64,000 nt of DNA from Calditrichia bacterium (GTDB lineage Bacteria > Calditrichota > Calditrichia > RBG-13-44-9 > J075), in the NCBI GenBank assembly GCA_050633245.1, contig JBOEGD010000011.1, forward strand, positions 288,001-352,000, given 5' to 3'. The position numbers and the translations under genes were made by a program. Of this stretch, positions 29,411 through 39,257 are shown piece by piece; positions within the stretch are counted from its first letter, which is position 1; the number at the start of each line of letters is the position of its first letter. Under the pieces are notes generated by a model that was not told the origin of the DNA, made no database searches, and saw only the letters and a list, made by a program, of their open reading frames with translations.

Positions 29411-32400
29411 ATGAAACACCGTTCTATGTTTTACGCATTATGTTTTTTCCTTCTGAGTATTGCTCCGCTTTCTGCGCAACAATACAGCGAAAGTAACGAC
29501 TTTTCCTACGCGCTGAAGCTTTACAATGAAGGATTCTACGATATTGCTGCTCAACAGTTTTCAACGTTTATTAATCGCTATCCTGCCAGTGATAATATGG
29601 GCGACGCGCGTTACTACTACGCCGACTCTTATTATAAATTGGGCGAAATTGACAATGCGCGCATTGAGTTTCAGGGGCTTGCAGTGGGTTTCCCAGATCA
29701 TCCGCGTGCTGCTGAAGGTTGGTTGAGAGTAGGGGAGTGCTATGAAGAATTAGGCAAACCTATGGAGGCTGCAAAAGCCTTTGAAACGATCAAGATTTTA
29801 TATTCTTCAAGTCCATTGGCACCACGCGGCTTGCTTCATGCCGGTCGGTTGTACCTTGAAAGTGGCGAGCCATTACGTGCTGAACAAACGCTAAAGGAGT
29901 TTTTGGATCGGTATGTGGAATCCTCTGAATACCCTCAGGGCCGTGCTCAATTTGGCACAGTGCTTCTTGCAAAAGGAGAGCTTGAACACGCAATTAAGGA
30001 GTTCGAACGCGTACCGGCATTAACTCAGGACAAAGAAATTCTTTCGACTGCCCTCCTTGGCAAAGGACAAGCAATGTATCGACTTGGCCTAATCAGCCGG
30101 GCAACAGAATCATTTAATGGGATACTTTCAAATTACATCCGTAGCAGTTCAGCGGCTGAGGCATTGACACAGCTGGTGCGGATTCATCAGAATAAACGTG
30201 AGTATACCGAGGCACTGTCTCTTATACGTAAACACGCCTCCTCATTTTCCGGCGGCAAGCAGGCCACTGCAATAAGCATGCTCGAGTCGCAGTGCCTTAT
30301 TCTCCAAAAGAATCCCTCTCAAGCTGTCAGGATGCTTGAACCAATAGTCGGGTCAGCATCGCTAACGGTAAAAGAAAAGACACTCTCTACATATTATCTG
30401 GCATGTGCTTATTTGGAAGATGGAAGTTATGATAAGGCTCAGCCGCTCTATGAGGCTCTGCTCAATGACGCAGATGCTAAGACAAAAGAGCTTCGGGTAC
30501 CAATATTGATTAATTTGTCTTCGCTACATCTTGACAACAATCGGATTGCCTTAGCGCGTCCGCTGGTGCACCAACTTCAGGAAGAGCATCCGGGCTCACC
30601 AGACAATGAGAGCATTCACCGTGAATTGATCAAGAAGGCCTTTAAGCAACAGCAGATTTCTGTTGGCGTTGATGAACTGCAGCGCTATCGCGGTGCATAT
30701 CCGGCCTCTGCTTCGCGAGACGATCTGACTCATTTGGCCGGCAAGGCTTATTTCGAAAATGAACAATATCAGCGTAGCCTGTTGTTTTTTGAACAGGTGC
30801 TTGCCGAATATCCTGGCTCGGCGGTTTGGGATTCCAGCCGTGCGTATATTCGCTATATCAAAACCTACGAAGAAACTGGTGAGCAGGCTGGAGTTAAAGA
30901 GCTTGCTAAACTAATGGGAAGAATGATTACCGGGGAAAAGAAGGAGCAGCTCATCTTTGATCTGGGTGAGGTTTATATCAGCAGATTGAAAGACTTTGAA
31001 GCAGCGGCGAATATCTTTTCTCAACCGCAAACGGCTAAGGAAGATTCTGCCACAACGGCAAAGCGGCTATATTATCTTAGCGAAAGCAAGTTACTGCTTG
31101 CCGAGAAAGAACTCTTCCTAAGTTCACCCTCAGAAAAAAGTTATGCCGAGGCAGCTAGCGAACTTAAGAAAGCAATGGTCTACATAAATCAGTCTCCACA
31201 GCCGGATACGCTGATGTTTCGCTATCTAAAAACAACTTTGGCTGCGGATACGCCAATAGATAAATTTCTTCAGTTTTGGACGGTGTTTGAACAGAATTAT
31301 CCGCAGAGTAACTTACTCGCTGAGGCCTACTTGCATATCGCTCGAAAGGCGAACATTTCCGCTAAGGCGTCAATCGCAAATACCTATTTTGACAAGGCAA
31401 TTGCAAAAGGTGGATATTTTGGCGGTACAGCAGCTCTCTTTCGTGGAAAAGAACTACTCCAAAATGGCGATCGTGCCAATGGTGAATCTGTTTTAAAGAC
31501 TTTCTTGCTGGAAAATAAACGTCACCCGGGACACCCGGAAGCGTATTGGCTTCTTAGTCAGTCTAGTCTTACCGCAGGCGAGAAAAAGACCTCTGCAGCA
31601 TTTTTGGAGCGCCTTGCCGAAGAATTCAATTATACAGAGTATGGTGCTCAAGCGCCGGTTGGCGTTATTGCAAGCCACATTGCAGACGGCAATTATGAAA
31701 AAGCTGCACAGAAAATTCAGTATGAGCTACGAGGGGTATCGGTAGACGATCCTGTTGCTGCAAGCTACTTGTCCCAACCGGAACCAGCCTACTATTTTTA
31801 CGCCGGAAAATCTGCCTGGCGCCAAAAAAACTTTGGCCGTTCTCGCAGAGAATTGCTCGCCTATCTAAATCGAGCTCAAAAGCAGGAGTTTCAGAATGAA
31901 TCTCTTTATTTGCTTGGCATGATGGCGATTGAAGAGCAGGACATTGAGTCAGCTCTCCTTCACTTCGAACTTGTGAATAAAGATGGTGATGCGACATATT
32001 ACCAGCAGGCAACTCTTGAAGCCGCAAAGCTACTCTATGATAATAGACGTTTCGAAGAAAGCCTTGGTCGCTATCAGAGCCTGACTGCCTTTTCTCAACC
32101 AGCGCTGCGAATGGATGCTGAAGCGATGATGGTTCGCAACTTGATCCAACTGGGGCGAAGTAAGGAAGCATCTGCTGCAATTAAGAAATACAATTCCAGC
32201 TATAAAAAACAAGCGGGATTAAACAATTATCTCGCTTCGTTCGAATATGAAAAAGGACGAAAAGCCTTTACAGAAAAAAGTTATGATCGCGCCTTAAATA
32301 GTCAGAAAAATGTTTTGAAAAAGTATAAAAAGTCCGACTATGCCGATGACGCCAACTACTTTATTGCACGTATTCAAACCACTATGAATCGCACTAAAGA

Positions 32401-33061
32401 TGCTCTGAAGACCCTCGATCAATTCCAGAAAAACTATCCCAACAGTGAGCTGCAGGGTAACGCCTATCTAACCCGTGCAGAAATCCATTTCCGTGATGAG
32501 CAGGAAGATCTGGGATTAGCAGCTGTAAAAAAAGCTGTTGAACTGGCATCGACGCCGGCAGTAAAACGCAGCTCACTCTCTTTGCTTGTTAATACCTATC
32601 ACAATATGGGGTTGTGGGATGGAGCGCTACAGAAAACGCGGGAGTATATTGCCCTTTATCCCAAAGCGTCTGATATCATGAGTAAGAAAATTTCCATAGG
32701 GATTTTTCTCTCCCGTGCGAACCGATACAGTGAAGCACTGGATTATTTGCAGAAAATAAAATACGAGGTTGGCAGTCAGGAAGAGCCGGAAGTGCAATTT
32801 TATATTGGTGAAGCGCTATACAATGCAGGGCAGTATGATCGCGCAATAAATGAGTTTTTGAAAATCCCGCTGCTTTCGCAAAAGACCAAATTGCAGTGGG
32901 AAGCCAGTGCACTGTATTTTGCCGGGCAATCGTACGAGAAGTTGAATCGACCGCAGGATGCGATTCGGATGTATGAAGAAATTACATCGCGACCGGGGAT
33001 TCAGGTTGAACTTAAGCGCGAAGCACGGAACTTGATTAGCAAACTCAGAAAGTTAAACTGA
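29411..33061 (+). CDS. Large exported tetratricopeptide-repeat protein (CpoB/YfiO-type repeats)
   Basis: Signal peptide ending LSA-QQ; many 'F...YP.S....A.Y' TPR units; ATG at 29411. Confidence 0.85.
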   Translation: MKHRSMFYALCFFLLSIAPLSAQQYSESNDFSYALKLYNEGFYDIAAQQFSTFINRYPASDNMGDARYYYADSYYKLGEIDNARIEFQGLAVGFPDHPRAAEGWLRVGECYEELGKPMEAAKAFETIKILYSSSPLAPRGLLHAGRLYLESGEPLRAEQTLKEFLDRYVESSEYPQGRAQFGTVLLAKGELEHAIKEFERVPALTQDKEILSTALLGKGQAMYRLGLISRATESFNGILSNYIRSSSAAEALTQLVRIHQNKREYTEALSLIRKHASSFSGGKQATAISMLESQCLILQKNPSQAVRMLEPIVGSASLTVKEKTLSTYYLACAYLEDGSYDKAQPLYEALLNDADAKTKELRVPILINLSSLHLDNNRIALARPLVHQLQEEHPGSPDNESIHRELIKKAFKQQQISVGVDELQRYRGAYPASASRDDLTHLAGKAYFENEQYQRSLLFFEQVLAEYPGSAVWDSSRAYIRYIKTYEETGEQAGVKELAKLMGRMITGEKKEQLIFDLGEVYISRLKDFEAAANIFSQPQTAKEDSATTAKRLYYLSESKLLLAEKELFLSSPSEKSYAEAASELKKAMVYINQSPQPDTLMFRYLKTTLAADTPIDKFLQFWTVFEQNYPQSNLLAEAYLHIARKANISAKASIANTYFDKAIAKGGYFGGTAALFRGKELLQNGDRANGESVLKTFLLENKRHPGHPEAYWLLSQSSLTAGEKKTSAAFLERLAEEFNYTEYGAQAPVGVIASHIADGNYEKAAQKIQYELRGVSVDDPVAASYLSQPEPAYYFYAGKSAWRQKNFGRSRRELLAYLNRAQKQEFQNESLYLLGMMAIEEQDIESALLHFELVNKDGDATYYQQATLEAAKLLYDNRRFEESLGRYQSLTAFSQPALRMDAEAMMVRNLIQLGRSKEASAAIKKYNSSYKKQAGLNNYLASFEYEKGRKAFTEKSYDRALNSQKNVLKKYKKSDYADDANYFIARIQTTMNRTKDALKTLDQFQKNYPNSELQGNAYLTRAEIHFRDEQEDLGLAAVKKAVELASTPAVKRSSLSLLVNTYHNMGLWDGALQKTREYIALYPKASDIMSKKISIGIFLSRANRYSEALDYLQKIKYEVGSQEEPEVQFYIGEALYNAGQYDRAINEFLKIPLLSQKTKLQWEASALYFAGQSYEKLNRPQDAIRMYEEITSRPGIQVELKREARNLISKLRKLN

Positions 33062-33104
33062 GATTGAATTTAATTCCGCATGTTAAGTGATTTATCCGAC
33101 ATGA

Positions 33105-33138
33105 TTTGCTGAATAAAACTGCTATTTTTGCTGAATAA
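33105..33138. repeat. 12-bp perfect direct repeat TTTGCTGAATAA with 22-bp period
   Basis: Copies at 33105-33116 and 33127-33138 in the intergenic region. Confidence 0.8.
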
Positions 33139-33295
33139 TAATTGTAATCTGTCGAAATTATATACCAGAGCCGTATGTTTATGTAGTTCATGGGTTTACC
33201 CGCGGCCCGAAAATATTTCTAAAATCGATTTTGCAGGTGTTGTTTGCCTGTTTTGCTTTTAACCGGCTATTGGCCGAATTATTACGGAGGGACAT

Positions 33296-34621
33296 ATGCG
33301 TTTCGTCTCGCTGAGAAATTTAAGCACCAAAATAGGTCTTCTTTTAATTTTAGCGCTTCTTCCTGCTCTTCTTTCGTCTTGTGGGGGCAGTAAAAAAGTG
33401 AGTCAGTCTGAGTACTCTTCCATGTCGCCAAGTGACAAGATTACTTACCTCACTGCGCAGGTTGAAAAAGATCCTGAGAACATCGTTCTTAAAAAGCAGC
33501 TGTATAAGGAATACCTGAATCTGGACATGGCACCACAGGCATTGAATGTTATGGAAGAGGTTCTGATTATCGACCCTACCCAGGTAGACATTCAGTTTGA
33601 GTATGGAGAGCTGCAGTATAAGCAGGGGAATACAACATCTGCGAATAGAGCATTTCTAAACGTGTTGAATTCAGTTAGCGGCGATTTTTATACCAGCCGT
33701 ATTGCAAATTATGTATCCGGCAACTTTTTGGTACAGGCAGTAACGGCTGGTGCACTGGATGAAGGTTTTCCTTCTTTCTCGCCTGACGGTAAAAAAATGG
33801 CCTTTCAGAAGTTCAATGGCAACGATTGGGACATCGTCGAGTTCGATCTGGAAACACGCCAGGAAATACCGCTGGCTGCGACCAGTGCAAATGAGGAAGC
33901 TCCCGTATATTCTCCGGATGGAAAACAGCTCGTATATACGAGTACTGCCAGTGATAGGCGTCCTATCGAAAACAAAGTTAAAGTTCGCGAAATCCGCGTA
34001 ATGGAGCGCAGCGATCGTTTTTCACAAAACCTTACTCAGTCAGTTGCGGATGATTGGTTACCTCGCTACAGCAATAATGCTGAAATGCTGTTGTTTGTCT
34101 CCGAACGATCCGATCTCCGACGCGTCTCTTATGTTGATAAGCAAAGCGATATCTTTATAATGGAGCGTGATGGAGATTTCCAGCATCGCCTTACCGATTC
34201 ACCTGCAAATGAAGGCGGAGCCAGCTTCTCTGCTGATGATAAGCGGATTTTCTTCCATTCGAACAAAAATGGCGTTTATGACCTTTTTAGCATGAAGACA
34301 TCTGGTAAGCAGGTTTTAACCATTGTCGATTCACCGGGCAATGATGTAAATCCTTCGGCTTCACCAAAGGGAGATCATGTTGTCTTTATGTCTGATCGTG
34401 ATGGTAATTTCGAGATTTACCGTGTGACCACAGAAGGATCACAGCCTGAGCGCTTAACCTACAATTCCGGTGTGGATGCAAATCCGGTTTTTTCTCCTGA
34501 TGGAAAGTCTGTTGCATTTCATTCCGATCGCAATGGCAATTTTGATATCTTTGTAATCAATCTCGATTATGAATCCGGAGCGATGACGAAGGCTGAACTT
34601 ATTCAAAAGCTGGGCGGTTAA
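33296..34621 (+). CDS. Lipoprotein with TPR plus TolB-like PD40 beta-propeller
   Basis: Lipobox LLSS-C; repeats PSFSPDGKK, PVYSPDGKQ, PSASPKGDH, PVFSPDGKS..F.SDRNGNFDI; GGAGG RBS. Confidence 0.88.
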   Translation: MRFVSLRNLSTKIGLLLILALLPALLSSCGGSKKVSQSEYSSMSPSDKITYLTAQVEKDPENIVLKKQLYKEYLNLDMAPQALNVMEEVLIIDPTQVDIQFEYGELQYKQGNTTSANRAFLNVLNSVSGDFYTSRIANYVSGNFLVQAVTAGALDEGFPSFSPDGKKMAFQKFNGNDWDIVEFDLETRQEIPLAATSANEEAPVYSPDGKQLVYTSTASDRRPIENKVKVREIRVMERSDRFSQNLTQSVADDWLPRYSNNAEMLLFVSERSDLRRVSYVDKQSDIFIMERDGDFQHRLTDSPANEGGASFSADDKRIFFHSNKNGVYDLFSMKTSGKQVLTIVDSPGNDVNPSASPKGDHVVFMSDRDGNFEIYRVTTEGSQPERLTYNSGVDANPVFSPDGKSVAFHSDRNGNFDIFVINLDYESGAMTKAELIQKLGG

Positions 34622-34654
34622 TCCGCTATACCTTCGTTTTTTTACCCTCTTTTC

Positions 34655-34691
34655 AGTGCCTGCTTCATCTGAAGCGGGCACTCGTGTTTTT
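34655..34691 (+). terminator. Stem-loop / probable terminator
   Basis: AGTGCCTGCTTC-ATCT-GAAGCGGGCACT followed by CGTGTTTTT. Confidence 0.6.
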
Positions 34692-34702
34692 GGGGAATTC
34701 CT

Positions 34703-34731
34703 TTGATTTTCCAGCCCACCTTCGCTATTAT
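34703..34731 (+). promoter_or_regulatory. Sigma70-type promoter for the nucleosidase-like / SPL-like operon
   Basis: TTGATT (34703-34708), 17-nt spacer, TATTAT (34726-34731). Confidence 0.55.
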
Positions 34732-34763
34732 AAGCTCTTGATATAACTAAGAAAATAAAGTTT

Positions 34764-35825
34764 ATGAGCGATCCAAAATCACCAGCCAGGCTATTGGTCT
34801 TTGCCCATCGAGGTGAAGCGCGCAGCTTTCTTGAAGCGAATAAATGGTCTGCAGCTGAAAGTGGAATTCCGGGACATTATGTTTTTGAAAACCAACAGCT
34901 TTTAATCACTGGTGAAGGGACTTATGAGGTCTTAAAAAAACTCTCCGCTGTTTGCTCATTCAAACTGCCGGAGATTGTAGTAAATCTCGGGACCTGTGGT
35001 GCATTACGTAATGAATTGAAGACTGGTGAGGTTGTTGCTGTTCGGACGGCATATGGCTCTGAAGGTCCGCAACCGCTATTTAAATCCTATACATCTTCAG
35101 ATTCCCAGGCTACAATTGATTGCATTTCGTGTAGCCGGCGAGTAGAGAGCCGCGAGCTTGCCGATCAGCTCGCGAACTTCGCCTCACTTGTCGACCGGGA
35201 AGCATGGGCTGTTGGCAGCGTAGCGGAAATGTTCAAGCTGTCGTTTTATTCTTATAAGCTCATCACGGACTTTGCTGATGGCGCCGTCCTGGTGTCCGAT
35301 ACTGCTGAGATCAGTGAGCAACTACTTGCGCACTATAGACATATGATAGCAAATAATCCGGCGCAGCCAATTGTTCAAGCCGCTCCAGTTGACACACCTT
35401 CGGAGTTTTATTTTACCACGTCGCAACGTCGTTTACTCAAATCTCTTTTACAGCAGCTGTCAATTAGAGAAAAAGTGAACCCCGACGATATTTTGATGGA
35501 AATGGGCGTTTCTCTTGAATTTGGCAAGAAGATGCGCCCGAAAGATAAGACTGCGATGTTACTTCAGGCATTGAGTGACCGCCTTTCGCCATTCAAGGCT
35601 GAATTGCGACGGGAATTAGACGAGCAAATCCGTGCTGTGAAAGAAGTGGGCTGGAACGTTAAGTTTGAGCCGCAGTTTGAAGATGAACGTATCGAAATTA
35701 AAGCCACTGTACGAAACGAATCTCAACTTGCTCGTCTCGCAAAGTCACTTCAACAGCTACCGTATAGGCAGATTGTCGCATTATTACGTGGGGAAACGCC
35801 TGGAGAAAAAAGAGATGCGCTTTGA
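34764..35825 (+). CDS. Nucleoside phosphorylase/MTA-SAH nucleosidase-fold protein with extra C-terminal domain
   Basis: LVFAHRGEA, LITGEG, VVNLGTCGAL, LVDREA, YKLITD match the PNP_UDP_1 motif order; about 150-aa C-terminal extension after a Pro/Ala linker. Confidence 0.7.
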   Translation: MSDPKSPARLLVFAHRGEARSFLEANKWSAAESGIPGHYVFENQQLLITGEGTYEVLKKLSAVCSFKLPEIVVNLGTCGALRNELKTGEVVAVRTAYGSEGPQPLFKSYTSSDSQATIDCISCSRRVESRELADQLANFASLVDREAWAVGSVAEMFKLSFYSYKLITDFADGAVLVSDTAEISEQLLAHYRHMIANNPAQPIVQAAPVDTPSEFYFTTSQRRLLKSLLQQLSIREKVNPDDILMEMGVSLEFGKKMRPKDKTAMLLQALSDRLSPFKAELRRELDEQIRAVKEVGWNVKFEPQFEDERIEIKATVRNESQLARLAKSLQQLPYRQIVALLRGETPGEKRDAL

Positions 35826-36834
35826 AACTATTTTTGTAGAAGAGCAAGTGCGCTACAATCCGTATTCGCAAAAAATTCTGCAGGCCTTTCCCAATGTGCC
35901 GGTGCGCTATATTCGTAAAGTGGAGGATGTCTTTGGTCGTGTTAAGAAACCCTATCTTCATAAACGCACCGGGCTAAACATCTTTGTTGGTAGAAAAGAA
36001 GGCCATCTGGTAAAAGAGGCGCCTGATGCATACGGTTTGGCAAACGAACCGCATTACTATTTTATTCATGCCTACAACTGCATTTACGAATGCGAATACT
36101 GTTATCTACAGGGGTATTTTAATTCCCCTGACCTGGTGTTCTTTGTAAATCATGATGAAATTGTTTCGGAAATGCATCAGACATGTGCTGAACATCCCGA
36201 AGCAAAACGAATTTGGTTTCACGCGGGCGAATTTAGTGATTCATTAGCATTGAGTCATGTAACTGCCGAGTGGGATGTATACTGGGAATTTTTGCGCAGT
36301 CAGCCTCGGGCTAAAATTGAGTTAAGAACAAAATCTGTAAATATTAAGGCGCTGCTCGATTTGCCAGCTTTAGACAATGTTACGATTTCATTCTCATTGT
36401 CTCCTGATGATGCGACACGAAAGTATGACCGTAAAACACCCTCTTTTTCGGCCCGGCTAAAAGCACTTCACCGCATTGCCAAGCATGGTTACCGGATAGG
36501 CATACATTTCGATCCCATCGTTGATTCACCGAATTTAGCGGCGGAATATCAAGACCTTCTGAGCAATCTGCTCATAACTGTAAAACCAGATCAAATCGAA
36601 TATATCTCGCTAGGTGTTGTTCGCTTCACTAAAGATGTTTATAGTCAGTTTAAGCGAAATTACCCAAACTCAGATATGCAGGCGGCGGAGTTTGTCAGCA
36701 GCTTCGACAACAAGGTGCGCTATAGCAGGCCTCATCGTTTGTCGCTGCTGAACAGAATAAAGCAAATGTGTATCGAGGCCGGTTTGCATGATGAACAAGT
36801 TTATCTTTGCATGGAGAATGAAACCCTTTCATGA
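35815..36834 (+). CDS. Spore photoproduct lyase (SplB)-like radical SAM protein
   Basis: CIYECEYCYLQ (CxxxCxxC plus YL, 36079-36102), GEFSDSL, ELRTKS, SFSLSP, HFDPI, YLCME; ATG at 35815 with GGAG upstream, overlapping the previous gene. Confidence 0.85.
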   Translation: MRFETIFVEEQVRYNPYSQKILQAFPNVPVRYIRKVEDVFGRVKKPYLHKRTGLNIFVGRKEGHLVKEAPDAYGLANEPHYYFIHAYNCIYECEYCYLQGYFNSPDLVFFVNHDEIVSEMHQTCAEHPEAKRIWFHAGEFSDSLALSHVTAEWDVYWEFLRSQPRAKIELRTKSVNIKALLDLPALDNVTISFSLSPDDATRKYDRKTPSFSARLKALHRIAKHGYRIGIHFDPIVDSPNLAAEYQDLLSNLLITVKPDQIEYISLGVVRFTKDVYSQFKRNYPNSDMQAAEFVSSFDNKVRYSRPHRLSLLNRIKQMCIEAGLHDEQVYLCMENETLS

Positions 36835-38435
36835 CTGCCAATCCGAAACATGCATTTGACTCTTCTATTAAGACTCGTCTTGCCACAAAAATTGTGGTTT
36901 TGTTGAGTGTTATTATTGGAATTGCAATTCTTACCGTTGGTGGTTGGCTCTACGAAAAAGATAAGCAACGGGTGCTCGAAAACCTTCAAATACAGCTTCA
37001 ACTGGCTGCAAATACAATTTCCCTTTCTATCGATGGAGATCGTTACTCTGAGCTTCGCGGCAAAGAATCGATCGGGTCTGAAGCGTTTGATGAGGTTATG
37101 TCTACCCTCGAACGTTTTATGGTCAACAGTTATCTTGGCTTCGAGCGTAATAATATTTACACCTTCCGTAGAATAAATAAAGACACCTTACAATTTACGG
37201 CAATGCTCCAGAAACAGTATGTTGGAAACTTATATGCCGTCCGTGATGAAATGCGTTTAACGCTCGATCAGGGAAAGCCTTCGTACACCGGGGTTTATGA
37301 GGATGAGAATGGGGCCTGGGTCTCTGCATATGCACCGATACTTAATAGCGCCGGGGTTGTTGTCGGACTGGTTGAAGTTGATTTTCAGAATAACGTTTAC
37401 CTGCTCAGCCTTGAAGAGGAACAGAAGGAAATCCTGATGTTTGTTGCCTGTGGTTTGCTTGCAGCACTGGTTTTGGCTCTGTTCTTTGGGCGCTATTTAT
37501 CTAAGCCGATAACGGCTGTTTCAAAAGGCGCACTCCAGATATCTCAAGGCAACTTCGATGTGCAGATACCTGTGCAAACTGCGGATGAAATCGGGCGATT
37601 GGCACGCGCCTTCAATTACATGGTGCAAGAGATTCAGGAAAAGGAATACATTCGCAAAAAAAACGATGAAATCTCCGCAGCGAATAAACAGCTGGATAAA
37701 TTGAATAAATCTCTTCATGAAGCCAATCGTTTGAAATCTGAGTTCCTCGCCATTGCTGTACACGATTTGAAAAACCCCCTTCAGGTTATACATGGCTACC
37801 TCGAAATCATTCAGGATAATACAGAGCCTGGCGAGCGCACCTGGCAATACTGTGAAAGTATCTCCGCGGCCACTCAACGCATGTTGAAGCTCATTAAACA
37901 GTTGCTGGATACCACTGCTATTGAAAGCGGCAAGCTACAGCTTAAGAAACAAAATGTTGAGCTGGCAAAATTAACAGAGAGTGTCGTAAAAGATCAGCGG
38001 GGCTTGGCTCAGAAAAAGGATCAAACAATACATTTTAATGCCTTGTCTGATTCTGTTGTTTATGCCGATGAATCGCGGATGCACGAAATACTGGAAAATT
38101 TAATTAGCAATGCCGTCAAGTTTTCTCCCCATGAACGAGACATATTCGTCTCAATATTTGAAAGCCCCAAGGCCAGCGATAAAGTTTGCATTAGTGTGAG
38201 AGATCAAGGCCCCGGATTGAACGCTAGCGATATGCAGAAGCTATTCGGACGCTTTATGCGCTTGTCTGCGCTGCCCACGGGTGGTGAAGTCTCAACCGGT
38301 TTGGGTCTTTCGGTGGTTCGCCAGCTGACAGAGCTTCATGGTGGTCGGGTATGGGCGGAAAGCGGGGGGAAGGACAAAGGCGCGACGTTTTATGTTGAGT
38401 TCCTAGCAAATTCAAAAGTGGCCGGATCAAATTAG
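36831..38435 (+). CDS. Membrane sensor histidine kinase (Cache-like periplasmic domain, HAMP, HisKA, HATPase)
   Basis: Two TMs, WVSAYAPI, HAMP DEIGRLARAFN, AVHDLKNPL, NLISNAVKF, DQGPG, GLGLS; ATGA overlap. Confidence 0.93.
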   Translation: MTANPKHAFDSSIKTRLATKIVVLLSVIIGIAILTVGGWLYEKDKQRVLENLQIQLQLAANTISLSIDGDRYSELRGKESIGSEAFDEVMSTLERFMVNSYLGFERNNIYTFRRINKDTLQFTAMLQKQYVGNLYAVRDEMRLTLDQGKPSYTGVYEDENGAWVSAYAPILNSAGVVVGLVEVDFQNNVYLLSLEEEQKEILMFVACGLLAALVLALFFGRYLSKPITAVSKGALQISQGNFDVQIPVQTADEIGRLARAFNYMVQEIQEKEYIRKKNDEISAANKQLDKLNKSLHEANRLKSEFLAIAVHDLKNPLQVIHGYLEIIQDNTEPGERTWQYCESISAATQRMLKLIKQLLDTTAIESGKLQLKKQNVELAKLTESVVKDQRGLAQKKDQTIHFNALSDSVVYADESRMHEILENLISNAVKFSPHERDIFVSIFESPKASDKVCISVRDQGPGLNASDMQKLFGRFMRLSALPTGGEVSTGLGLSVVRQLTELHGGRVWAESGGKDKGATFYVEFLANSKVAGSN

Positions 38436-38543
38436 CGGCTCTTGCGCTTATTTTTATTTTCAATTGGCATTTCTGTTTGCATTCTATTAATCTTTTAGCC
38501 TTAATTTCTTACGTATTACCTTACCAAAAGATAAACTCCCATC

Positions 38544-39257
38544 ATGAATGAGATTGACGATGTATTGGCATCACGGTTTGACTCTCTGTATCACTGGTTG
38601 AACAGTAAGTATGGACTGAGTGAGATTGAATATGAAATGGATGGTCGGAAATTTCGCGTTTTCAAAGTGAAAGATATCGAACTTGCTTTGGAAGAGTCGC
38701 TCCGCGATCCAGGTAATCCAAATAATCGCAGTCCTTACTGGACTGAGTTTTGGCCATCTGCCAAGGCACTTTCTACAACCTTGTTGCGCGGCAATGTTTC
38801 GTTCACGAACAAACGAGCACTTGAGCTGGGCTGTGGGTTGGGATTTACCGGTGTTAGCCTTGGCCAGGAAGGCGGCATCGTTACTCTCTCAGACCGCGAG
38901 CCAGATGCACTGAAGTTGGCAGAATTGAACTGGATTGTCAATAATGGCGCAGTTCAACCATCAATTCGCCTGTTAGACTGGAATCACCTAATCGGTTGGC
39001 CGGCAAAAGCTGATGAGCAATATGACATAATTCTTGCTGCCGATGTAGCTTACGAGATCGAAATATTTCCGGCATTGGTCAATGCACTGGATGTTCTTTT
39101 AATAAAAGATGGAGAAATTTGGCTTAGCGAACCAAATCGGCCGATTGCAAATGGGTTCTTCCTACAGCTTGAAGCAAAGGGCTTTTTGATTCAAAAACAG
39201 GACGTGCTAAGCGAATTTCCAAAGGTCTCGGTTTATCGGATTGTCAAAAATCTTTAG
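38544..39257 (+). CDS. Class I SAM-dependent methyltransferase (Methyltransf_16 / protein N-lysine MTase-like)
   Basis: PYWTEFWPSAKAL, LELGCGLG, LSD, LDW, IILAADVAY. Confidence 0.85.
   Translation: MNEIDDVLASRFDSLYHWLNSKYGLSEIEYEMDGRKFRVFKVKDIELALEESLRDPGNPNNRSPYWTEFWPSAKALSTTLLRGNVSFTNKRALELGCGLGFTGVSLGQEGGIVTLSDREPDALKLAELNWIVNNGAVQPSIRLLDWNHLIGWPAKADEQYDIILAADVAYEIEIFPALVNALDVLLIKDGEIWLSEPNRPIANGFFLQLEAKGFLIQKQDVLSEFPKVSVYRIVKNL

Noticed and set aside
38464-38481. TTGGCATTTCTGTTTGCA as a sigma54 promoter
   Set aside because: GG to GC spacing is 11 nt.
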